Shown here: positions 9,725 through 19,593 of the stretch, in pieces
How the letters are laid out: every line of letters starts with the position of its first letter
How positions within the stretch are numbered: the first letter of the stretch is position 1
Origin: Pedobacter sp.
GTDB taxonomy: Bacteria > Bacteroidota > Bacteroidia > Sphingobacteriales > Sphingobacteriaceae
Direction: 5' to 3'
DNA length: 64,000 nt
NCBI RefSeq assembly: GCF_046462515.1
Contig: NZ_JBKGVD010000006.1
Location: 107,335-171,334 of the forward strand
Translations under genes and position numbers: made by a program
The notes under the pieces: model-generated
The model's input: the letters and a program-made list of their open reading frames with translations, nothing else
Told to the model about the DNA's origin: nothing
Database searches by the model: none

Positions 9725-9758
9725 ATTTAGTATAAGCGGTAATTCATATCTTTGACAC

Positions 9759-11591
9759 ATGGGGTATAAAAGTTTATCAGAATGTATAATTGATTTAGAA
9801 AAAAATGGTCATTTGATCAGAATTAAGGAAGAGGTAGATCCTTATTTAGAGATGGCCGCTATACATTTGAGTGTTTTCGAAAAGCATGGCCCTGCACTTT
9901 TATTTGAAAATGTAAAAGGATCGCCATTTAAAGCTGTATCTAATTTATTTGGTACTTTAGAACGCTCTAAATTTATGTTCAGAGACAGTTTAAAAAGTGT
10001 AGAAGAACTGGTTGCGCTACGTGCTGATCCAATGAAAGCCTTAAAACACCCTTTAAGATATGCAGGTGCCGGATTAACGGCTTTTAAGGCTTTACCACTT
10101 AAGCAATCACTTTTTAAAAATGTATTTCAAAAAACCACAATAGATCAGATTCCTCAGATTGTACACTGGCCTATGGATGGCGGAGCATTCATTACAATGC
10201 CACAGGTCTATACAGAAGACATAGATAAGCCGGGTGTAATGAACGCCAATTTGGGAATGTACAGAATTCAGTTGAGCGGTAATGAATACATACCAAATAA
10301 GGAAATAGGATTGCACTACCAGATACATAGAGGAATTGGTGTACACCAGACTAAAGCCAATGCTAAAGGAAATCCTTTAAAAGTAAGTGTTTTTGTAGGA
10401 GGTCCACCTTCACATCCCTTGGCCGCAGTAATGCCGCTTCCTGAAGGATTATCTGAACTTACTTTTGCGGGGGCCTTAGGAAATCGCAGATTCAGGTATT
10501 TTTATGATGATGAAGGCTTTTGTATATCTGCTGACGCAGATTTTGTGATAACAGGTACTGTTTACCCACATGATAATAAACCCGAAGGACCTTTTGGTGA
10601 CCATCTAGGCTACTACAGTCTAACCCATCCGTTCCCGGTAATGAAAGTGCATAATGTTTACCATAAAAAGGATGCTATTTGGTCTTTTACGGTAGTAGGC
10701 AGGCCGCCCCAAGAAGATACCAGCTTTGGTGCCCTGATACATGAGATAACCGGAGCAGCCATGCCTCAGGAAATAGCGGGCTTAAAAGAAGTAAATGCGG
10801 TAGATGCTGCCGGGGTACATCCTTTGTTATTTGCAATAGGAAGCGAACGTTATACGCCATATCTAAAAGAACTTAAACCGCAGGAAATTTTAACTATAGC
10901 CAATCAGATATTAGGTAAAAATCAGCTAAGTTTAGCTAAATATCTGTTAATTGCCGCCAGACAAGACAATGAGCAACTGAGCACCCAAAATATAGCAAGT
11001 TTCTTACAGCATATACTTGAACGTATTGATTTTAGTAAAGATCTGCATTTCTATACCAATACTACTATTGATACGCTTGATTATTCAGGAGAGGGCTTAA
11101 ATATGGGTTCTAAGGTGGTATGGGCAGCAGCAGGAGAGAAGAAAAGAGAATTAGAGAAAGAACTGCCAGATCATTTTAAATTGGACACGGTTAGAGCTGC
11201 CGCTGTAGCTATGCCGGGTGTGTTAGTTTTGCAACCGGAAGTCTACAAAGAAGCTGCGGAAGAGAAAAAGAGAATAGGCGCTTTAAAAGAAGAATTGAAA
11301 AAATTTGATTTGAGAGGATTTCCCCTAATTGTGTTATGTGATGATGCACATTTTACAGCTGCCAATATCAATAATTTGGTTTGGGTTACTTTTACCAGAA
11401 GTAATCCTGCGACAGATATAGATGGAGTTCATGATTTTATAGAGAATAAACATTGGGGTTGTAATGGGAGTTTGATTATAGATGCACGAAAAAAACCGCA
11501 CCATGCACCTGAACTGGTTAAAGATGAGTTAGTTGAGAAACGTATAAAGCGTTTAATGGAGCCAGGTGGTTCATTGTATGGTATACTATAA
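9759..11591 (+). CDS. UbiD-family (prenylated-FMN) decarboxylase, long form
   Basis: GPALLFENVKG, NLGMYR, EGPFGDHLGYY, GRPPQED, DTLDYSG. Confidence 0.9.
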   Translation: MGYKSLSECIIDLEKNGHLIRIKEEVDPYLEMAAIHLSVFEKHGPALLFENVKGSPFKAVSNLFGTLERSKFMFRDSLKSVEELVALRADPMKALKHPLRYAGAGLTAFKALPLKQSLFKNVFQKTTIDQIPQIVHWPMDGGAFITMPQVYTEDIDKPGVMNANLGMYRIQLSGNEYIPNKEIGLHYQIHRGIGVHQTKANAKGNPLKVSVFVGGPPSHPLAAVMPLPEGLSELTFAGALGNRRFRYFYDDEGFCISADADFVITGTVYPHDNKPEGPFGDHLGYYSLTHPFPVMKVHNVYHKKDAIWSFTVVGRPPQEDTSFGALIHEITGAAMPQEIAGLKEVNAVDAAGVHPLLFAIGSERYTPYLKELKPQEILTIANQILGKNQLSLAKYLLIAARQDNEQLSTQNIASFLQHILERIDFSKDLHFYTNTTIDTLDYSGEGLNMGSKVVWAAAGEKKRELEKELPDHFKLDTVRAAAVAMPGVLVLQPEVYKEAAEEKKRIGALKEELKKFDLRGFPLIVLCDDAHFTAANINNLVWVTFTRSNPATDIDGVHDFIENKHWGCNGSLIIDARKKPHHAPELVKDELVEKRIKRLMEPGGSLYGIL

Positions 11592-11629
11592 AACAAAGAG
11601 GGTTGAGCATTGCTCAACCCTCTTTGTTT
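11591..11629. terminator. Bidirectional terminator
   Basis: AAACAAAGAGGGTTGAGCA-T-TGCTCAACCCTCTTTGTTT between convergent genes. Confidence 0.85.
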
Positions 11630-11645
11630 ATCTGGAATATGCTGC

Positions 11646-13172
11646 TTAGAATTTTATACCAAAAGTAAGAAACACATTGTTATTGGTAGTCTTTAGGTTT
11701 GCCACAGGCTCATTACCGTTGTTTAAAGTATAAGGGATATTGGTTCCGTTACTTTCAACGCGTTGGTAAGCAAGATCAAAATAATAATTGTTAATTCTGT
11801 AACCTAAACCTCCGCTGTAAAATTTGGTGTCAAAATCGTTGTTACTGTCATTTTTATAAGGTGAACCATTTATACCAAAACCAGCTCTGATGCTTAAGTT
11901 ATCAACAGCTTTAAGTTCTGCACCAATACGGTAATTTATAGCACTGGTATAACTGTTTTTTACAGTAGCATTACTGCCTGTAATTTCTTCATAAGTTCTG
12001 CCATCGTTAGAAGAGAAGCGAATGCTTGAATAATCTACAAAATCAACATCTGCAGAGATTAAACCTTTGTTACCTATTACATAACTTGCACCCAAAGATC
12101 CTTTTAAAGGTGTTCTTAGGTTATATCTGAAATCATATATCTGAGCTTTATTGGTAATCACATCATTAGAAATTTTATTGTCAATTTTTTCAGAGTAACT
12201 ATCGTCTATTACAAACCAGGTTGGGGTTTGCAGCGTGGCACCAATTCTAAAGTTACTTACAGGTCTGAAAATCAATCCTAAACGGGCATTGATACCTGAA
12301 CCTTTGGTTTCTTGGTTTTGTATGTAGCTCAATCTGTAATTTTCCCTTGGTCCATAGCCATCAACAGGGTCGTAAGTGTTCAGACTTCCGGCTTCAATAA
12401 ATTCAGCATCGCTGGTATATCGCAGATTAATAAGGCCTACATTTGCGCCAATATAAAACTGGTTAGAAAAATTTAAGGCTCCTGCAATATTAAATTCAGA
12501 AACAGAACCCGATCTTGTTTCATTTTTCTGCTGGTTGTTTGCCGAAAATGCATTTCCCGCACTCGATGCAGTGTACATATTGGCATTTCCCGGTGTATTA
12601 AAATTAATCAGATAACTATCAAACGCCATTCCTTCCAATGAATTTTTAGAAATGGTAAAATTATTAGGATCTTTATATCGGTTAGCCAGATCAGCAAAAA
12701 AATGCCTGATAGAATTATTGGTATTCTGGCCTGCATAACTCGATTCTAAAGCATAATCGTTATTTCTTGCATAACCCAGTCCGAAAACGGAACTGATCAG
12801 TCCTTTTTTAGTATCTTCCCCTTTTTTCTTATACGAAGGTGCATACAATACTACACCTAATTGGTTCAAATTCAGCGTTCCTTTGTTCGTTCTGCTCTTT
12901 GTGCCTAAGTAATTGCCCTCAACCCCAGTCTGGTTAAATTCAGGAGTTAAAGAGAATTCAGACCGCGTAAATAATCCTAATCCGGCTGGGTTTCCACTCA
13001 GAGAGCTCATATCGCCACCTACACCAATCTGTGCATTACCCATTGCTTTAAAACGGGCAGTGCTACCATAATTTAATTGCGAGAAGCGTAAGCCATCGCT
13101 CCCATATTGTGCATATACGCCACTTGCAGAGGCTACCAAGCCTATTACAAGCATAGAAAATATCTTGTTCAT
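11646..13172 (-). CDS. OmpP1/FadL-family outer-membrane beta-barrel transporter
   Basis: Signal peptide; hatch motif GSTARFKAMGNAQIGVGGDMSSLSGNPAGLG; terminal beta-strand ending in Phe. Confidence 0.85.
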   Translation of the reverse strand: MNKIFSMLVIGLVASASGVYAQYGSDGLRFSQLNYGSTARFKAMGNAQIGVGGDMSSLSGNPAGLGLFTRSEFSLTPEFNQTGVEGNYLGTKSRTNKGTLNLNQLGVVLYAPSYKKKGEDTKKGLISSVFGLGYARNNDYALESSYAGQNTNNSIRHFFADLANRYKDPNNFTISKNSLEGMAFDSYLINFNTPGNANMYTASSAGNAFSANNQQKNETRSGSVSEFNIAGALNFSNQFYIGANVGLINLRYTSDAEFIEAGSLNTYDPVDGYGPRENYRLSYIQNQETKGSGINARLGLIFRPVSNFRIGATLQTPTWFVIDDSYSEKIDNKISNDVITNKAQIYDFRYNLRTPLKGSLGASYVIGNKGLISADVDFVDYSSIRFSSNDGRTYEEITGSNATVKNSYTSAINYRIGAELKAVDNLSIRAGFGINGSPYKNDSNNDFDTKFYSGGLGYRINNYYFDLAYQRVESNGTNIPYTLNNGNEPVANLKTTNNNVFLTFGIKF

Positions 13173-13198
13173 GTGTGTTTATTGATTACGTTAATAGA

Positions 13199-14143
13199 TT
13201 ATCTGCCCCCACCTCTTGATGGTCTACCTCCGCCACCACCTGTAGACGAACCGCTGCTACTGCTACCACTACTTGTTGAGCCTCCTGTGCGTTCACTACT
13301 GCTACTGCTTGGTGGAGGAGTATAAGTAGGACGATCAGGCGTATAAGAAGGTCTGGTCTCAGGACCTCTGCTTGGTCTGCTCTGTGTATTTCTATTGGTT
13401 GAAGTACCGTTTGTAGTAGGGTTATACGCTTCAGGTCTTCCACCGGTACGTCCGTAGTTTCCATTATCTACAATACCACCAGTTCGGCCTCCTGCTCCAC
13501 CGGTTCTGTCAATAACAGTTCCGTTTGGTCTGTAACCTATTCCGTTGTCTCCGCCACGTCCGGGTCTTGCCCTGTAGTTTTCGTTATTTCTTACGATAAC
13601 ACCACCGCCCCAATAGCCACCGCCTCCCCAATAACCGTTACCCCAGTAACCACCTCCCCAGCCGTATCCTCCATACCATGGGTTGTAATAAGAATAAGGG
13701 CCCCAGGTGCTCCAGTAATACGGTGAACCATAATATCTCCAATTGTAATAAGGAGAGTACCAGCTATAGTATGGTGAATACCAAGGATCATACATGCCGT
13801 TATAGTAACTCCTATAATATGGATCATACCATGAATTGTACCCATAATAGTTGTAATAATCATCGTAATATGATCTTAAACGATTTCCGTAATAAAAACG
13901 ATCTATCCTAGAATAGTAATCCATATCATAATTCGGATCACTTGAAACATAAGTTGAGTCGTTTAATCTGCGGTACTCGTCATACTGCACAGGAGGTGCA
14001 GGCTTGTATTCTTTAGCCTGAGCTGTGCTGTTGTATACATCATCCTGCAAAGCAGCCTGCTGCGCAAGTTTAGATGTAGAGCATGAAACAGCAAATAATG
14101 CCGTAAATGCAAATACAGTAACTAATAATTGTTTAGGTTTCAT
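13199..14143 (-). CDS. Hypothetical lipoprotein with Tyr/Trp/Gly-rich and Ser/Gly/Arg-rich low-complexity regions
   Basis: Lipobox AVSC; DDVY motif; YYSRIDRF; long Y/W/G tract; SSGSSSSGSSTGGGGGRPSRGGGR tail. Confidence 0.85.
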   Translation of the reverse strand: MKPKQLLVTVFAFTALFAVSCSTSKLAQQAALQDDVYNSTAQAKEYKPAPPVQYDEYRRLNDSTYVSSDPNYDMDYYSRIDRFYYGNRLRSYYDDYYNYYGYNSWYDPYYRSYYNGMYDPWYSPYYSWYSPYYNWRYYGSPYYWSTWGPYSYYNPWYGGYGWGGGYWGNGYWGGGGYWGGGVIVRNNENYRARPGRGGDNGIGYRPNGTVIDRTGGAGGRTGGIVDNGNYGRTGGRPEAYNPTTNGTSTNRNTQSRPSRGPETRPSYTPDRPTYTPPPSSSSSERTGGSTSSGSSSSGSSTGGGGGRPSRGGGR

Positions 14144-14191
14144 ATTATTGAGTTTTAAGTGTGTTCTGCTTAAATAATCACTATAAATTTA

Positions 14192-14199
14192 TAGCTTTG
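14192..14199 (+). promoter_or_regulatory. -7 promoter element upstream of proS
   Basis: TAGCTTTG matches TAnnTTTG. Confidence 0.5.
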
Positions 14200-14247
14200 C
14201 ATAGCAATATACAAGAAATTTAACACAAAAAACGTTCCAATTTAATT

Positions 14248-15720
14248 ATGAGCAAAGGCATTTCAAGTAAAAATGACGATTATTCACAATGGTATAATGA
14301 CATTGTTATAAAAGCAGATTTAGCAGAACATTCTTCGGTTAAAGGTTGTATGGTAATTAAACCCTACGGCTATTCAATTTGGGAGAAAATGCAATCTGTT
14401 TTGGACTATAAATTTAAAGAAACAGGTCATCAAAATGCTTATTTTCCCTTATTTATACCCAAATCGTATTTTTCCAAAGAAGCTGCTCACGTAGATGGTT
14501 TTGCTACAGAATGCGCTGTAGTAACACATTACCGTTTAAAAAACGATGGAAATGGAAATATTATTGTGGATGAAGAAGCTAAATTAGAAGAAGAATTGAT
14601 CGTTCGCCCTACTTCTGAGACCATTATTTGGAACACCTATAAAGGCTGGATACAATCTTATCGTGATTTGCCATTATTGATTAACCAATGGGCTAATGTG
14701 GTGCGTTGGGAAATGCGTACCCGTTTATTTTTACGTACTACAGAATTTTTATGGCAGGAAGGTCATACTGCTCATGCTACAAAAGAAGAAGCTATTGAAG
14801 AAACGGAGAAAATGCTGCATGTTTATGCAGATTTTGTAGAAAACTGGATGGCTGTGCCGGTAGTAAGAGGAAGAAAAACTGAAAATGAGCGTTTTGCAGG
14901 AGCTTTAGATACATATTGCATTGAAGCATTGATGCAGGATGGAAAAGCTTTACAGGCAGGTACATCGCACTTTTTAGGACAGAATTTTGCTAAGGCATTT
15001 GATGTTAAATTTACCAGTAAAGAAGGTAAACTGGAACATGTATGGGCAACTTCATGGGGCGTTTCAACCCGTTTAATGGGGGCTTTAATTATGGCGCATA
15101 GTGATGACAATGGCCTGGTTCTTCCTCCTAAATTGGCACCTACACAAGTGGTTATCGTACCTATACATAAAGGACAGGAAGAGTTGGATAAGATTACCAA
15201 TTTTGTAGATGAACTGATGCCTCAGCTTAAAGCTTTGGGCATATCTGTAAAATATGACGATAGAGACAGTCAGCGTCCTGGGTTTAAGTTTGCTGAATAT
15301 GAACTTAAGGGAGTTCCCGTACGTATCGCTATAGGTGCACGAGATATGGAAAATCAAACGGTTGAAATTGCCAGGAGAGACACAAAAGAAAAAAACACAG
15401 TTGCTCAGAAAGGCCTGGCAATGTATATTGCTGATCTGTTAAATAACATTCAGACCAGTATGTTTGAAAAAGCATTGAAATTTAGAGACGAGCATATTAC
15501 TGAAGCGAACAGTTACGAAGAGTTTAAGGAACTTTTAGAGACCAAAACCGGTTTTATTGCTGCTCATTGGGATGGAACCGTAGAAACAGAAAAACGTATT
15601 AAAGAAGAAACTAAAGCTACGATAAGATGTATTCCTTTAAACAATAAATTGGAAGATGGTGTTTGTATCTTAACAGGTAAGCCTTCTAAACAACGCGTAT
15701 TATTTGCTAAGGCCTATTAA
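14248..15720 (+). CDS. proS: Proline--tRNA ligase (eukaryote/archaea-like type)
   Basis: [36 protein letters not shown], terminal FAKAY. Confidence 0.98.
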   Translation: MSKGISSKNDDYSQWYNDIVIKADLAEHSSVKGCMVIKPYGYSIWEKMQSVLDYKFKETGHQNAYFPLFIPKSYFSKEAAHVDGFATECAVVTHYRLKNDGNGNIIVDEEAKLEEELIVRPTSETIIWNTYKGWIQSYRDLPLLINQWANVVRWEMRTRLFLRTTEFLWQEGHTAHATKEEAIEETEKMLHVYADFVENWMAVPVVRGRKTENERFAGALDTYCIEALMQDGKALQAGTSHFLGQNFAKAFDVKFTSKEGKLEHVWATSWGVSTRLMGALIMAHSDDNGLVLPPKLAPTQVVIVPIHKGQEELDKITNFVDELMPQLKALGISVKYDDRDSQRPGFKFAEYELKGVPVRIAIGARDMENQTVEIARRDTKEKNTVAQKGLAMYIADLLNNIQTSMFEKALKFRDEHITEANSYEEFKELLETKTGFIAAHWDGTVETEKRIKEETKATIRCIPLNNKLEDGVCILTGKPSKQRVLFAKAY

Positions 15721-15722
15721 TT

Positions 15723-16424
15723 ATGGAAGAAGAAAACAATAATTACAGTCAGATACTTGAAAAGTTAGAAAGCAAGGCTTCAATTAAGCAACAGATATAT
15801 AGAAATACAGTTGAAGTTTTTGCACTTGCAAAAAAAGTGCTTTCAAAAACAGCTTCACGTTTACATCAGGATTACTCGGTTAAAGACCCTTCTGTAGAAG
15901 TATTTTACAGAGAAACCAACCAGTTTGAAGCAGAACTCAAGTTTTCGGGCGATATGTTAATGCTTTCTATGCATAGCAATGTTTTTAACTTTGAACCCGG
16001 GCATTCTATTTTTCAGACCAGTTATGTAAAAGCAGATCCAACTCTGAGTTATTGCGGGGTAATCTATCTTCATAATTTTTTAGCTGATTCTATTAAATAT
16101 AATCGATTGGCTGATGAGGGCATGTTAGTTGCACGTATTCTTGTAAATAAAGAGAAACGTTTTATAGTTGAGGGCGAGGGGGCACTTGGTTTCTTGTATG
16201 AAGTGTTTGGCGATGATGTAATCAATGAGGAAACCCTAACAGATATACTTGAAAGAGCTATTCTTTTGTGCCTAAGTAACGATCTGCAATTACCTCCTTA
16301 TGCACAGGTTAAAGACGTGACCCTGCACCAGAAACAATCTATCATGGCGGCCAGTGGTTATCCTACCGGAAAAAGATTAGGCTATCAATTTAAATCAGAA
16401 ACACAACAAAATAATAATCAATAA
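15723..16424 (+). CDS. Conserved hypothetical protein
   Basis: 233-aa ORF packed 1-2 nt from both neighbours; HNFLADSIKYNR. Confidence 0.8.
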   Translation: MEEENNNYSQILEKLESKASIKQQIYRNTVEVFALAKKVLSKTASRLHQDYSVKDPSVEVFYRETNQFEAELKFSGDMLMLSMHSNVFNFEPGHSIFQTSYVKADPTLSYCGVIYLHNFLADSIKYNRLADEGMLVARILVNKEKRFIVEGEGALGFLYEVFGDDVINEETLTDILERAILLCLSNDLQLPPYAQVKDVTLHQKQSIMAASGYPTGKRLGYQFKSETQQNNNQ

Positions 16425-16425
16425 G

Positions 16426-17565
16426 ATGAAATTTGCAACGAAAGCTATTCATGCAGGTCAAGAGCCTGATCCAACAACGGGAGCAGTGATGACGCCGATT
16501 TACCAGACTTCTACTTACTGGCAAAAATCGCCCGGCGATCATAAAGGTTACGAATACTCAAGAGGAACAAACCCTACGCGTAAAGCTCTGGAAGATTGTT
16601 TGGCGGCACTTGAAAACTGTAAATATGGTTTAGCTTTTAGCAGCGGCATGGGTGCCACAGATTGTGTTCTGCGCCAGCTTAAACCGGGTGATGAGGTGAT
16701 TACTGGAAATGACCTGTATGGTGGTTCATACCGTATTTTTACAAAGGTTTATGAGAAATATGGGATTAAATTTCATTTTTTGGATTTGTCAAAACCAGAG
16801 AATATCGTTCCATATATCAATGCAGATACCAAAATGGTTTGGATAGAAACACCAACCAATCCCACTATGCGTATCATTGATATTGAAGGAATGGCCAAAA
16901 TAACCAAACAACATGGTATCTTACTCACTGTTGATAATACCTTTGCTTCACCTTATTTACAAAACCCGATAGATTTAGGCGCTGATCTGGTTATGCATTC
17001 AGTTACCAAATATATCGGTGGTCACTCTGATGTGGTAATGGGCGCATTGCTAACCAATAATGAACAATTGTATAAAGACTTGTTCTTTATCTATAATGCA
17101 TGTGGTGCAACTCCGGGACCACAAGACTCATTTCTGGTTTTAAGAGGTATTAAAACGCTACATTTACGCATGAAAGCACATTGCGAGAATGGTGAAAAAG
17201 TAGCTAGATATTTAAAGAATCACCCTAAAGTTGATAAAATTTACTGGCCTGGTTTCGAGGATCATCCTAACCATGATGTCGCTAAAAAGCAGATGCGTGG
17301 TTTTGGAGGTATGGTTTCTATCACTTTAAAAGATGCGGATTTGCAGGAAACTTTCCGTGTGGCTTCACGCTTTAAGGTTTTTTCATTGGCCGAATCATTG
17401 GGAGGGGTAGAAAGTTTGGTAAATCACCCAACAACTATGACCCACGGTTCTATACCAAAAGAAGAACGTGAAAAGGTAGGTGTAACCGATAATTTATTGC
17501 GTTTAAGTGTTGGAGTTGAAGATATTGATGATTTAATTGCGGATTTAGAGCAAGCTCTGGCATAG
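16426..17565 (+). CDS. Cystathionine gamma-synthase/gamma-lyase family PLP enzyme
   Basis: YEYSRGTNPTR, ETPTNP, VDNTFASP, HSVTKYIGGHSD (PLP Lys), AESLGGVESL. Confidence 0.95.
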   Translation: MKFATKAIHAGQEPDPTTGAVMTPIYQTSTYWQKSPGDHKGYEYSRGTNPTRKALEDCLAALENCKYGLAFSSGMGATDCVLRQLKPGDEVITGNDLYGGSYRIFTKVYEKYGIKFHFLDLSKPENIVPYINADTKMVWIETPTNPTMRIIDIEGMAKITKQHGILLTVDNTFASPYLQNPIDLGADLVMHSVTKYIGGHSDVVMGALLTNNEQLYKDLFFIYNACGATPGPQDSFLVLRGIKTLHLRMKAHCENGEKVARYLKNHPKVDKIYWPGFEDHPNHDVAKKQMRGFGGMVSITLKDADLQETFRVASRFKVFSLAESLGGVESLVNHPTTMTHGSIPKEEREKVGVTDNLLRLSVGVEDIDDLIADLEQALA

Positions 17566-17647
17566 GGTTTAATCGTTTAACTGTTTTGAGCTGGTTATAA
17601 GCTTGTAACTATTAATCAATTCAACGATTTCTACAATTAAGCAAAAT

Positions 17648-18508
17648 ATGCAAATTACAGATCTTAAAGATTTTTTGGACGCTAAGGTTTTGCAATATAA
17701 TCAACCTGGTTTTATTGCGAATGATCCAGTTAGCATTCCACATCAGTATAAATTGAAACAGGATATCGAAATTGCCGCATTTTTTGCGGCAATTTTAGCT
17801 TGGGGACAACGGAAAACAATTATCAATAAGTGCAATGAATTGTTTTCAAGAATGGATAACCAACCTTATCAATTCATATTAAATCACTCAGATAGTGACC
17901 TGAAAGCTTTGCTGGGATTTAAGCACCGTACTTTTAATGATACCGATCTGCTGTATTTTGTTGAATTTCTTAAACAACACTACCAGAAATTTTTGTCATT
18001 GGAAGATGCCTTTTTGCCCATAAAGAGTGAATTTAACTTTGCATATTTAGATATTGAAGCCGATAATGAAGAATTTACGTTCAGTTCTTCTGCTTGTATG
18101 CAGAACAAGTTAATTAAGCAAAATCTAACTATAGAAGCCGCTTTAAATCATTTCAGGCAATACTTTTTCAGCCTTCCTGATTTCCCTCGAAGAACCATAA
18201 AGCATATTTCTTCTCCCTTGCAAAAATCTACTTGTAAACGTCTAAATATGTTTTTAAGATGGATGGTAAGAAAAGATAATTGTGGAGTAGATTTTGGGAT
18301 CTGGCACAATATAGATACTTCTATATTGATCTGTCCCTGCGATGTGCATGTGGATAGGGTAGCAAGAAATTTAGGACTAATCAATAGAAAACAAACCGAT
18401 TGGCAAACTGCTGTGCAATTAACCAATAAGCTTAAAGAATTTGATGTGGCAGATCCTGTTAAATATGATTTCGCACTTTTTGGCATAGGTGTGGAAGAAA
18501 AGTTTTAA
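17648..18508 (+). CDS. TIGR02757/DUF2400 family protein
   Basis: FIANDPVSIPH, FKHRTFN, STCKRLNMFLRWMVR, DPVKYDFALFG. Confidence 0.9.
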   Translation: MQITDLKDFLDAKVLQYNQPGFIANDPVSIPHQYKLKQDIEIAAFFAAILAWGQRKTIINKCNELFSRMDNQPYQFILNHSDSDLKALLGFKHRTFNDTDLLYFVEFLKQHYQKFLSLEDAFLPIKSEFNFAYLDIEADNEEFTFSSSACMQNKLIKQNLTIEAALNHFRQYFFSLPDFPRRTIKHISSPLQKSTCKRLNMFLRWMVRKDNCGVDFGIWHNIDTSILICPCDVHVDRVARNLGLINRKQTDWQTAVQLTNKLKEFDVADPVKYDFALFGIGVEEKF

Positions 18509-18516
18509 TTTTAGAC

Positions 18517-19020
18517 ATGGTAAGTTTTGAGGCTGAAATTGAAAAATTTGATCAAAAAGGAGAAAAAACTGGCTGGAGCTATGTTTTTATTCCAAATGCT
18601 GTAGCTGAACAAATTAAAGCCGGAGATAGAAAAAGCTTTAGAGTTAAAGGGAAGATTGATCAGGTTGAAGTTAGCGGCATGTCTTTGGTACCGATGGGAG
18701 AGGGCGATTTTATTTTAGCTTTAAAAAGCAGTTTGCGTAAAAAGCTAAAAAAAGAAGAGGGTGCTAAAGTATTGTTGCAGTTGGCTTTTGATGCAGATTT
18801 TAAAATTGAGATGCCCGATGATCTTGAACTGTGTCTTTCTGATGAGCCTGAATTTTTGAGTACTTTTCTAAAAATGCCCAAATCGCATCAAAATTATTAC
18901 ATCAATTGGCTCAATTCTGCTAAGACAGAAACCACGCGTACCAAACGTTTGGTGATGATTGTTGATGCTATGGCCAAGAAATATGATTTTGGGCAGATGA
19001 TCAGGGCTTCTAAACAATAA
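18517..19020 (+). CDS. DUF1905 + YdeI/OmpD-associated domain protein
   Basis: GEKTGWSYV, VKGKID, YINWLNSAKTETTRTKRL. Confidence 0.85.
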   Translation: MVSFEAEIEKFDQKGEKTGWSYVFIPNAVAEQIKAGDRKSFRVKGKIDQVEVSGMSLVPMGEGDFILALKSSLRKKLKKEEGAKVLLQLAFDADFKIEMPDDLELCLSDEPEFLSTFLKMPKSHQNYYINWLNSAKTETTRTKRLVMIVDAMAKKYDFGQMIRASKQ

Positions 19021-19040
19021 GTTAGAATTTTTTTAGTGAA

Positions 19041-19119
19041 CCTGATTTGAAACAAAGCGTAAAATTATTTCAGGATTTAATTTATTATGAAAAAATGCTG
19101 AAATGAGTTGAGCATGACG
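19041..19119. repeat. Degenerate CGTC/GACG-tagged REP-like element
   Basis: Right arm ATGCTGAA-ATGAG-TTGAGCAT-GACG (19095-19119); decayed left arm CCTGA...TCAGG (19041-19074). Confidence 0.6.
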
Positions 19120-19152
19120 GTAAACTAAATATGGAGCGTTGCAATAATTGAT

Positions 19153-19581
19153 TTACTCAGCTCTTTTCATTCTAGAGAAAGGATAACCATTACAACCTTT
19201 TTTAGGTTTTTCCCGATCGGCGGCAGCAGTTTTTTCAGCTATCTCATCGGTTTCAGCTTTATAAGCCGTAAGGCAAAATCCCCACTTCCAATCGCCCATA
19301 TTTTCAAAGGTCATATAATCTATACGGGTATATTTGCCTGCATCGAATTTATTGGTGGATGCATTTTTTGCAATCAGATATTGCTTTTCAGGTACCCATT
19401 TAATGATATTGTATTTAATATTACGGCTTTGTATCCATACTGTATCGTTCACTTCATACTTTAAGCCATAATCGTCAGTAAAATTGCCAATGGCAAATGC
19501 AGGAGCTTTTCTCGCATTCTGACCAAATATGGATAAAGAAATAAGAAGAAAACTGAAAAACAGCATTGTATTTCTGATCAT
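19153..19581 (-). CDS. Secreted hypothetical protein
   Basis: Signal peptide; GNFTDDYG, WGFCLTAY, GCNGYPFSRM. Confidence 0.8.
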   Translation of the reverse strand: MIRNTMLFFSFLLISLSIFGQNARKAPAFAIGNFTDDYGLKYEVNDTVWIQSRNIKYNIIKWVPEKQYLIAKNASTNKFDAGKYTRIDYMTFENMGDWKWGFCLTAYKAETDEIAEKTAAADREKPKKGCNGYPFSRMKRAE

Positions 19582-19593
19582 TTGAAGTTGGGT

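Noticed and set aside
13186..13863. Alternative-frame ORFs within the Tyr/Gly-rich lipoprotein gene
   Set aside because: They are by-products of low-complexity codon usage, with no independent start signals.
18010..18130. Apparent extra segment of about 35 aa in the TIGR02757 protein
   Set aside because: It is in frame with no repeat or intein signature. I cannot show it is an insertion without an alignment.
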